Source: an uncultured Clostridia bacterium (GTDB lineage: Bacteria > Bacillota > Clostridia > Christensenellales > Borkfalkiaceae). Taken from it: 64,000 nucleotides of DNA. Under the pieces are notes generated by a model. That model did no database searches and had not been told where the DNA came from. It saw only the letters and a program-made list of their open reading frames with translations. The stretch covers positions 16,443 through 80,442 of the forward strand of contig CALWAU010000026.1 in NCBI GenBank assembly GCA_944375795.1. Reading direction: 5' to 3'. Below are positions 57,139 through 64,000 of this stretch, piece by piece (position 1 is the stretch's first letter; each line of letters begins with the position of its first letter). A program made the position numbers and the translations under genes.

Positions 57139-58391
57139 AGGCGGCCGTTCTGACGCTCGGGTGCAAGGTCAACGATGTGGAGAGCGGGTCGCTCATCCGC
57201 GGATTGGAGGAGCTCGGCTACGAGGTTACGCGGGAGGCGGAGTTTGCCGACCTGTATATTCTCAATACCTGCGCCGTGACCGCGGAGGCGGAACGCAAGA
57301 GCCGGCAGGCGGTGGCCCGGGCGCTGAAATTCAATCCCGCGGCAAAGGTGGTCGTTTGCGGCTGCGCCGCCGAAAAGAGCCCCGATGCGTTTGCGGCGAA
57401 GAAAAACGTCATCGCGGTGACGGGGGCGCGTCGGAAAGGGCGCATTCTGGAACTCGCGGCGTCGGGCTTCCCCGCGGCGCTCTGCGGCGTCTGCATCGAC
57501 CGTTCGGAGGGGCCCTATGACGAGCTGCCTGCGCCCGAATGCCTGAAAACCCGCAATTTCGTCAAGATTCAGGACGGCTGCGATCGGTTTTGCGCCTATT
57601 GCGTCATTCCCTATCTGCGCGGGCGCAGCCGTTCCCGCTCCCTGGAGAGCGCGGCGGCGGAGATATTGCAAAGCGGCGCGCCGGAAACGGTGGTGACGGG
57701 CATAGACATTTCCTCCTATCGGGACGAACGGGGGCGGGATCTGTCCGACTTGCTCCTCGCGGTCAAAGACGCGGATACGCGGATACGGCTGGGCTCGCTC
57801 GAGGTGGGGCTGATTTCGGAAAGATTTTTGCGCGCGGCCGCGTCGGTGCGGAATTTTGCGCCGCAGTTTCACCTGTCTTTACAGAGCGGCTCGGACAGAG
57901 TGCTGAAAAGCATGAACCGCCATTACACGCGGGCGGAGTATCTGCAAAGGTGCGCGCAGATACGGGAAGTCTTTCCGGACGCGGCGATCACGACGGACAT
58001 CATCGCGGGATTTCCGACGGAGACGGAGGAGGATTTTGCGCTGTCCCTCTCCATGGTGGAGGAGGCGGGCTTTTCGCAGATCCACGCCTTCCCCTATTCC
58101 CCGCGCGAGGGGACGAACGCTTTCCGGAAATATAGGGAGATCCCCTTCGCCGTCAAAAAGGAGCGGGTGGAGCGCCTGCTGGAAAAGGGCGCGGAGCAGA
58201 AAAAAAGCTATATGTCCCGCTTTGTCGGAAAGACGCTCGCCGTCGTGCCCGAGGCTTTTTCCCGTGGCTTTACGGAGGGATATTCCGAAAATTATATCCG
58301 CGTCTATATCCCGGGAGACGTGCGCGGAACGCTTGTCCGCGCGCGCGCCCAAGCCCTGTTCGGGGATGGGCTTCGGGCGGTGAAACTCTGA
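57135..58391 (+). CDS. mtaB: tRNA (t6A37) methylthiotransferase MtaB (radical SAM)
   Basis: The GTG start overlaps the rsmE stop codon. It has an MTTase N-domain (LGCKVN), a radical SAM cluster (CDRFCAYC) and a TRAM-like C-terminus. The order prmA-rsmE-mtaB matches B. subtilis. Confidence 0.88.
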   Translation: MKAAVLTLGCKVNDVESGSLIRGLEELGYEVTREAEFADLYILNTCAVTAEAERKSRQAVARALKFNPAAKVVVCGCAAEKSPDAFAAKKNVIAVTGARRKGRILELAASGFPAALCGVCIDRSEGPYDELPAPECLKTRNFVKIQDGCDRFCAYCVIPYLRGRSRSRSLESAAAEILQSGAPETVVTGIDISSYRDERGRDLSDLLLAVKDADTRIRLGSLEVGLISERFLRAAASVRNFAPQFHLSLQSGSDRVLKSMNRHYTRAEYLQRCAQIREVFPDAAITTDIIAGFPTETEEDFALSLSMVEEAGFSQIHAFPYSPREGTNAFRKYREIPFAVKKERVERLLEKGAEQKKSYMSRFVGKTLAVVPEAFSRGFTEGYSENYIRVYIPGDVRGTLVRARAQALFGDGLRAVKL

Positions 58392-58504
58392 AAAGGTGTA
58401 GGCAGGGGAGAGACGAACGCCGAAATTGAGGCGAAGAAAAAAGAGTTTTGCGGGCATGCGAATGTCCGGAAACAAATATCAAATATTTTTTGTCGGGAGG
58501 TTTT

Positions 58505-58840
58505 ATGAAAGACTGCATTTTTTGCAAGATCATCCGCGGGGAAATCCCCTCGGAGAGATATTACGAGGACGAGGATATGATCGTCATCAAGGACATCGAG
58601 CCGAAAGCGAAGCTGCACTATCTGTGCATCCCCAAAACGCATTTCGCGCTGCTTTCCGAAATGGACGGGGAAAAAGCCGAGCTCCTTAAGCGCTGCTTTG
58701 AAAAAATCGCCGCCTTGCAGGAGAAGCTGGGGCTGCGGGACGGCTATCGCATCATCGTCAATCAGGGCGAAAACGGCGGACAGAGCGTCCGTCATCTGCA
58801 CATTCATCTGCTCGGCGGGGAAAAACTGACGGGATTCTGA
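58505..58840 (+). CDS. HIT family protein
   Basis: It starts MKDCIFCKII.GEIP and carries the histidine triad HLHIHLLGG. Confidence 0.9.
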   Translation: MKDCIFCKIIRGEIPSERYYEDEDMIVIKDIEPKAKLHYLCIPKTHFALLSEMDGEKAELLKRCFEKIAALQEKLGLRDGYRIIVNQGENGGQSVRHLHIHLLGGEKLTGF

Positions 58841-58893
58841 TGACCGTTTCGGAAACAGAAAAATATAAAAATTAAAAATCAAGGAGAGAAAAT

Positions 58894-59748
58894 ATGGACA
58901 ATCAGGAATACGCAAAAGTATCCAAGGAAATCAGAAACTATAAAATTGCGCGCACCAACGTCCTGCTGATCCTGCTGTTTACGCTGGTCAGCGCCGTCAT
59001 GCTCGCGGCGGCGGACAGATACTTTCTGTTCAGCATCTTTACGTGCGTGCTCTTTATCTCGGTGGGCCTGCAGGTGCGGGCGGAGGCAGCCCAAAGCGGC
59101 GCCGAAACGTACGGAAACGTCTATCTCGCGGTGGCCGTCGTCATCGTGCTCGTCATTCTGGCCGCATATCTGGTATTCTGGCTTCTGTCCAAAAAGCACC
59201 GCTGGGCGATGATCGTGCTGCTCGTGCTCTTTTCCATAGACTGCGTGTTGCTCCTTACAAGCTTCAGCGTGGAGATGCTTCTCGATATCGCGTTTCACGC
59301 ATGGATGATTTATTATTTCATTCTCGGCGTGAAAGCGGCGGCGAATCTCACCAAGCATTTCCCGCAGGGGGTGCGGCTCACCGTCGAACAGCTCAACGAG
59401 GCGTATCGCCTGGAAAACGGCGTCGATCCCGTGACGGGCGCGCCCGTGGAACGGCCGGCAGAAATGTCCGGGCCTTCGGCGACGTCGGCCCCGGGCGGCG
59501 AGGCGTCTTTTACCGCGGCGGAGACGGAAGGGGAATCGGCTTCCGCGCAGCCCGTCCGCTACGACCCGATGACGGGCGAACCGATCTACGGGGAATCCGC
59601 ACAGCCCGTCCGTTACGATCCGATGACGGGTGAGCCGATCTACGGCGAAAAGGACGAAAAGGAAGAGAACGCCCCTGCAGACGCGTCCGGCGAAGCGAGT
59701 CCCGAAGCGCCCGAGCCGCCCGAAAATCCCGAAACGCCCGAGAAGTAA
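58894..59748 (+). CDS. hypothetical membrane protein with duplicated C-terminal motif
   Basis: AAGGAGAG lies upstream. The product has about 5 TM helices. The C-terminus repeats AQPVRYDPMTGEPIYGE twice. Confidence 0.75.
   Translation: MDNQEYAKVSKEIRNYKIARTNVLLILLFTLVSAVMLAAADRYFLFSIFTCVLFISVGLQVRAEAAQSGAETYGNVYLAVAVVIVLVILAAYLVFWLLSKKHRWAMIVLLVLFSIDCVLLLTSFSVEMLLDIAFHAWMIYYFILGVKAAANLTKHFPQGVRLTVEQLNEAYRLENGVDPVTGAPVERPAEMSGPSATSAPGGEASFTAAETEGESASAQPVRYDPMTGEPIYGESAQPVRYDPMTGEPIYGEKDEKEENAPADASGEASPEAPEPPENPETPEK
59545..59652 (+). repeat. 2 x 54-nt in-frame tandem duplication
   Basis: GC(G/A)CAGCCCGTCCG(C/T)TACGA(C/T)CCGATGACGGG... is repeated back to back. Confidence 0.85.
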
Positions 59749-59833
59749 GCCCCCGATTTGTTTTCGGGATTCCGTATAAAACAGAAAAAACCCGTCAATA
59801 ATCCTTCCGCAGGCATTTGCGGGAGGATTTTTC

Positions 59834-60280
59834 ATGTCGGTTTTTTCCGGGATAAAGGGATTTTTGAAAACGGCGGGGGCGCTGCTCGCCTCGCTCGCTG
59901 CGGCGGCGTGCGTTTGGGTGCTGCATTTTTCCGCCTTCCCCGAGGGAGACGGAAACGTCTGGTATCTGTATTCGGCGTCCTCCCAGGCGGAAATAAAGGA
60001 GGCGCTCTCCCCGGGGGATTTGTTCCGGACAACGGGGGAAAGCGCGGTGTTCTTTCCCGATGCGGGCGAGAGCGCGGAGGAGCTTGCGAAAAGGCTTTGC
60101 GACAGATACGGCGCAAAGATTCTGTTTTCGGAAGAAGCGGGCGGGACGGTGTCCCATTATTGCTATTCTCCGAAGCTGCGGGAGGGGATCTTGCTCTGCG
60201 GAAAAAAGGTGAATCTGCATATCGCGGTGCGCGCGGACAGCGTCGCCCTGGGGACGCCCGTCATTTTCGGCGGATACTGA
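59834..60280 (+). CDS. YwmB-like (DUF1779) protein, short form
   Basis: ATG lies 7 nt after GGGAGG. It has an N-terminal anchor. The C-terminal VNLHIAVR...ALGTPVIFGGY resembles the B. subtilis YwmB C-terminus (NLQIALR...VGTPIV..EY). Confidence 0.55.
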   Translation: MSVFSGIKGFLKTAGALLASLAAAACVWVLHFSAFPEGDGNVWYLYSASSQAEIKEALSPGDLFRTTGESAVFFPDAGESAEELAKRLCDRYGAKILFSEEAGGTVSHYCYSPKLREGILLCGKKVNLHIAVRADSVALGTPVIFGGY

Positions 60281-60393
60281 TTTTGCGGCTCTACCTCCGA
60301 CGCCGAAAAATTTTTTTGCGCGGCGTGTATAAAAGAAAAGGAAAGGGGCAACAATTTACATACAAAATACATCTTTTGGGAGGATTTTCAATC

Positions 60394-61020
60394 ATGAAAG
60401 AGGAAAACGGAAAGGCCGGCGTAAAAAATAAGAAACTTTATTTGTCTGTCGCGCTCGGCTGCGCCGCCGTACTTCTGGCGGCCGCGATCATCATCACCGC
60501 GGTCGTTCTGGCCAACCGCGACCGCACTTCCATCGACGCGGGAAACAGCTCGGGAAACGAGCAGGTCGATACGCCCGACCCGAACGAGCCCGTCGTCGAA
60601 ACGCCCGAGGAGTTCATTTCTCCGCTCGGCGTCGTCAATGTGCTCAACGAATACGGCTTCTATTACAACAAGACGCTGAATAACTATTACGAGCACATGG
60701 GCATCGACTTCACCGCCGACGCGGGCAGCGAAGTGTACGCCGTGGCTTCCGGAACGGTGGAAAGCGTCTATACTTCCGACGTGCTGGTGGGGACGCAGAT
60801 CACCATCGATCACGGCAACGGCGTGAAATCTGTCTATCAGTACGTCGAGGCGAAGGAAGGACTGAAAGCGGGCGACGAGGTAAAGCAGGGCGACGTTATC
60901 GGCACCGTGGCGGAAGCGAACGGCAGCGAGTACAAGGACGGGGCGCATCTGCACTTTGAAGTCTTTGAAAACGGTTCCAATGTGGACCCCGCCGAATATC
61001 TGACGCTGGAAGAAAAGTGA
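60394..61020 (+). CDS. M23 family metallopeptidase with TM anchor (SpoIIQ-like architecture)
   Basis: ATG 60394 within ORF 59758..61020. It has a single TM helix and LytM motifs (HMGIDF, HLHFEV). Confidence 0.85.
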   Translation: MKEENGKAGVKNKKLYLSVALGCAAVLLAAAIIITAVVLANRDRTSIDAGNSSGNEQVDTPDPNEPVVETPEEFISPLGVVNVLNEYGFYYNKTLNNYYEHMGIDFTADAGSEVYAVASGTVESVYTSDVLVGTQITIDHGNGVKSVYQYVEAKEGLKAGDEVKQGDVIGTVAEANGSEYKDGAHLHFEVFENGSNVDPAEYLTLEEK

Positions 61021-61030
61021 TCGTCTTTGT

Positions 61031-61060
61031 CCCGCCCGTTTTTTCGGGCGGGGCGCTTTT
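61031..61060 (+). terminator. intrinsic terminator
   Basis: Stem CCCGCCCG / CGGGCGGG with loop TTTTTT, followed by GCGCTTTTCTT. Confidence 0.65.
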
Positions 61061-61134
61061 CTTCCGTATACGATGGCATAAAAGGGCGCGCGCGGACATA
61101 GAATAACCTGCCAATACTTTTAGAGGTTATCACT

Positions 61135-62589
61135 ATGAAACGCTTTTTTTGCCTTTTGCTTTCCGCCTGTCTTTTAGCGGCGGCGGCCGTCTTGTTCGTC
61201 GGATGCAAAAAAACACAAAGTGCGGGGTGCAGATATGAGATTACCGCCGAATATATCCCCGAAACCGCCACGCTTACGGCGATGATGAAGGTGGAGTACC
61301 GAAACGCGGGTTCGGAGGAAATTTCCGCGCTGAAATTCAATCTGTATCCCAACGCCTACCGCGAGGACGCGGCTTATAGGCCCGTTTCCCCCGTGTATTC
61401 CTCGTCCGCCTATTACGACGGGACCAGTTACGGAAGCATGGAAATTTCCGGCGTGGAGGGGGCGGAAAGCTGGGAGGTGACGGGCGAGGACAAAAATATC
61501 CTCAGCGTTTCGCTGGAAGAATCCCTTTTCCCCGGCGACAAGGTGACGCTGGATATCGGCTTTCTCACCAAGCTCGCAAACATCAATCACCGCACGGGCG
61601 TGACGCAGAACACGGTCAACCTCGGCAATTTCTTTCCCGTTCTCTGCGGCAGGTCGCAGGGGGATTTTTACGAATGCGTCTACTATTCGGACGGAGACCC
61701 CTTCTTTTCCGAATGCGCCTCCTTCGACGTGACGCTTACCGTCCCCCGGGAATACACGGTCGCGGCCACGGGAAATATTCTTTCGGAACAGACGCTGGAA
61801 AGCAAGAAGGAGTATACCATGTCTGCGACGAACGTGCGCGATTTCGCCATCGTTCTCTCTGACCGTTTCGAGGTGATCGAAAGCCGCGCGGGCGATGTGG
61901 CCGTCCGGTATTACTATTATAACGACGAGCAGCCCGCGGCGCATCTGGCGGCGGCGCAGGAGGCGCTTCAATACTATTCCTCGACGTTCGGCGAATATCC
62001 CTACGAGACCTATTCGGTGGTGCAGACGGGCTTTTGCTACGGCGGCATGGAATACCCCGGGCTCGTGATGATCAGCGACGCGCTGAGCGAAAGGAACTGC
62101 GTCTATACCATCGTGCACGAGACGGCGCATCAGTGGTGGTACGCGGCGGTCGGCAGCAACCAGGTGGAAAACGCCTGGCAGGACGAGGGCTTGTCCGAGT
62201 ATTCCGCGGCGCTGTTCTTCGAGGCGCATCCCGATTACGGATTCACCCGCGAGCAGATCGTCGCGGACGCGCTGGAAGAATACCGCGCCTATTACAGCGT
62301 GTACAGCCAGGTGTTCGGCGAGGCGGACACCCGCATGACCCGCTCCCTCAAGGATTATCTGAGCGAATACGAATATCGCTGTATCGCCTATGACAAGGGC
62401 GCCGTCCTGTTCGATATGCTCCGTACGAGCATCGGGGACAAAAAATTCTTTTCCGGTCTGAAACAATATTTCTCCGCATATCGGTTCAAGGTGGCAAACC
62501 CCGAGGATCTGATCGGCTGCTTCGAGCGCACGGGCGTGGACGTCGCGGGCTTTTTCGATTCCTTTCTGAGCGGGAAGGCGGTCATCTGA
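61135..62589 (+). CDS. M1 family metallopeptidase, lipoprotein
   Basis: It has a lipobox (LFVGC), the zincin motif HETAHQWWY and a downstream WQDEGLSEY. Confidence 0.88.
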   Translation: MKRFFCLLLSACLLAAAAVLFVGCKKTQSAGCRYEITAEYIPETATLTAMMKVEYRNAGSEEISALKFNLYPNAYREDAAYRPVSPVYSSSAYYDGTSYGSMEISGVEGAESWEVTGEDKNILSVSLEESLFPGDKVTLDIGFLTKLANINHRTGVTQNTVNLGNFFPVLCGRSQGDFYECVYYSDGDPFFSECASFDVTLTVPREYTVAATGNILSEQTLESKKEYTMSATNVRDFAIVLSDRFEVIESRAGDVAVRYYYYNDEQPAAHLAAAQEALQYYSSTFGEYPYETYSVVQTGFCYGGMEYPGLVMISDALSERNCVYTIVHETAHQWWYAAVGSNQVENAWQDEGLSEYSAALFFEAHPDYGFTREQIVADALEEYRAYYSVYSQVFGEADTRMTRSLKDYLSEYEYRCIAYDKGAVLFDMLRTSIGDKKFFSGLKQYFSAYRFKVANPEDLIGCFERTGVDVAGFFDSFLSGKAVI

Positions 62590-62655
62590 ACGCGGAAGGC
62601 CGCGCGGGATTTTCCGCTTTCCGAAAAATTCGGAAAATTTTTTGCGGTAAAACAC

Positions 62656-62684
62656 TTGCCAAAAACGATTTCAGAGCGTATAAT
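62656..62684 (+). promoter_or_regulatory. sigma-A promoter TTGCCA-17-TATAAT
   Basis: TTGCCA at 62656-62661 and TATAAT at 62679-62684 with a 17-nt spacer. Confidence 0.7.
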
Positions 62685-62690
62685 AAAAAT

Positions 62691-62909
62691 GAGAACCGAA
62701 GCTTGAAAGGGCAAAGAGCCCTTTCGGCCGGGAATATCCGGAAGGAGCAATTATGGACGCTGTTCCAAACCGAAGTAGTACGGTAACAACTCAAGAAAAC
62801 CCGCAGTGCGCGAAATACGGAACGGATTTTTACCAAGGTCGACAGCGATAAAATCAATCTGATTCGGAAGGTATATAACGCACGGGCGGTTTTTCCCGTG
62901 CGTTTTTTT
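62691..62909 (+). promoter_or_regulatory. unclassified ~220-nt leader with intrinsic terminator upstream of corA
   Basis: Hairpin GAAAGGGC/GCCCUUUC at 62705-62725. A 32-codon ORF (62753-62851) lies behind GGAAGGAG. The terminator has stem ACGCACGGG/CCCGTGCGT (62878-62903) followed by TTTTTTT. Confidence 0.55.
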
Positions 62910-62976
62910 CGCGCCCGACTCTTTCGGGCCGCCGCGAAAGACGCCTCGGGCATCAATTTATCAAGGCGGTACCCAT

Positions 62977-63975
62977 ATGATCAGATTTTACAAGACGGAT
63001 GAAAATCTCCGCATCGTTCCCGCGGAGGCGTTCGAGCGCCGCTGTTGGGTGGAGATGATCAATCCCACCGACGACGAGGTGGAGGATATCCGGGAAAAGA
63101 GCGGCATTCCCGAAGAACTGCTGAAAGCCGCCCTCGACGAGGAGGAATCGGCGCGGGTGGACACGGACGAGGGGGCTACCATGTACGTGGTGGACAGCCC
63201 CATGATGGTGGATACCGAGGAAGGGGATTCGTATACGACCATTCCCGTCGCCATCATTTACAACAGCCGTTGCATCGTCACCGTTTCCCTCAATCCCAAT
63301 CCCGTTCTGGCCAATTTCAGTTCCAATCGGACGCGGGTGTCCACGCTCAAGCCCGTCGGCTTTATTCTGCATTTCATGCTGGAAAACGTCAAGAGATTTT
63401 CCTATTCATTGAAGCAGATCGACAAAAAATCCCTGCGGCTGCAGGCCGAGCTTCATAAATCTATGCGCAATCAGGAGCTCATCGAGCTTTTGGGCCTGCA
63501 GGATTCCCTCGTCTATTTCTCCACCTCTCTGAGCGCGAACTCCACCGTGTACGGCAGGCTGTCCCGCATGGAGCCCGTGCAGTCCAATCCCGATTACCAG
63601 GATCTTTACGACGACGTGCTCATCGAGACCAAGCAGGCGACGGAGATGTGCGGCATCTATCGGGATATTCTCAAAACCACCATGGACGCGTTCGGCTCGG
63701 TCATTTCCAACAACGTGAACAACGTCGTCAAACGTCTGACCATCATCACCATTTTGGTAGCAATCCCCACGCTGATCGCGGGGCTTTTGGGCATGAATGT
63801 CGATTTGCCTTTCGGCATGGGCGTTCACGGCAGCGGCGTCGCGTGGGAATTTTGGATCATACTCATCATTTCCGTGGTTCTCACGGCGGTGTGTTCGGTG
63901 TTGCTCGCGAAGATGACCGATTCCGTGCGTATCCGGACGCCCAAAAAGGTAAAGAAAAAGAGGAGGCGCAACTGA
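62977..63975 (+). CDS. corA: CorA family magnesium/cobalt transporter
   Basis: 332-aa ORF. It has two C-terminal TM helices and the signature LLGMNV (GMN motif). Confidence 0.9.
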   Translation: MIRFYKTDENLRIVPAEAFERRCWVEMINPTDDEVEDIREKSGIPEELLKAALDEEESARVDTDEGATMYVVDSPMMVDTEEGDSYTTIPVAIIYNSRCIVTVSLNPNPVLANFSSNRTRVSTLKPVGFILHFMLENVKRFSYSLKQIDKKSLRLQAELHKSMRNQELIELLGLQDSLVYFSTSLSANSTVYGRLSRMEPVQSNPDYQDLYDDVLIETKQATEMCGIYRDILKTTMDAFGSVISNNVNNVVKRLTIITILVAIPTLIAGLLGMNVDLPFGMGVHGSGVAWEFWIILIISVVLTAVCSVLLAKMTDSVRIRTPKKVKKKRRRN

Positions 63976-64000
63976 TGCCCGTTTTACAGTACAAGTGCAA
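63975..64000 (+). CDS. 5' end of the next gene, possibly an FmdB-family zinc-ribbon protein (partial)
   Basis: The ATG overlaps the corA stop codon (ACTGATG). Only MPVLQYKC is visible, which resembles the MP.YEYKC start of FmdB-like proteins. The window ends here. Confidence 0.3.

Noticed and set aside
62731-62752. AUAUCCGGAAGGAGCAAUU resembles the SRP RNA domain IV motif (GUCCGGAAGGAAGCAGC).
   Set aside because: The 5' strand of the symmetric loop (CAGGUCAGG) and the rest of the SRP RNA are not present. The position, directly upstream of corA behind a promoter and ahead of a terminator, fits a leader instead.
62691-62909. M-box (ykoK) Mg2+ riboswitch upstream of corA.
   Set aside because: I could not find the conserved M-box blocks as I remember them (GUUAGGUGAGGCU, GCUAAAGCUCUACG). 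A covariance-model search is needed, so it is reported as unclassified.

Overview
This window is core chromosomal DNA from a high-G+C, endospore-forming Firmicute. I infer a Clostridia-like organism from the spoIIGA-sigE-sigG cluster, Bacillus-type gene order and GGAGG ribosome-binding sites. I call 62 complete protein genes plus one partial, about 85% on the + strand. I saw no rRNA, tRNA, CRISPR array, transposase or integrase.

Gene content:
- Housekeeping: asnS, plsX, rnc, smc, ftsY, trmD, rbgA, rnhB, yraN, glyA, tsaE, tsaB, rimI, a murF-like gene, ddl, obg, yhbY, grpE, dnaK, dnaJ, prmA, rsmE, mtaB.
- Sporulation: spoIIGA, sigE, sigG, ylmC, a YwmB-like gene and an M23/SpoIIQ-like gene.
- Purine salvage: a guanine-type riboswitch, xpt and a BMP-family nucleoside ABC importer.
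- Riboflavin uptake: an FMN riboswitch followed by ribU.
- Other: an OmpR/histidine-kinase pair and a TIGR03915/TIGR03916-like radical-SAM DNA-repair pair.

Observations worth a second look:
1. A tandem array of structured repeat units with a ~150-nt period lies between asnS and plsX. Its modules recur at two other loci in the window.
2. A 2.3-kb insertion of five small genes splits grpE from dnaK. It carries two paralogous Cys-rich mini-proteins and two XRE regulators. No hrcA or CIRCE element is visible.
3. A consensus promoter plus an intrinsic terminator define a ~130-nt RNA just upstream of dnaK.
4. A single-gene AT-rich island encodes a DUF2310-like zinc-ribbon protein.
5. Unclassified structured leaders precede the two-component operon and corA.

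All family names come from motif recognition by eye. No database search was run, and the coordinates of RNA elements are approximate.
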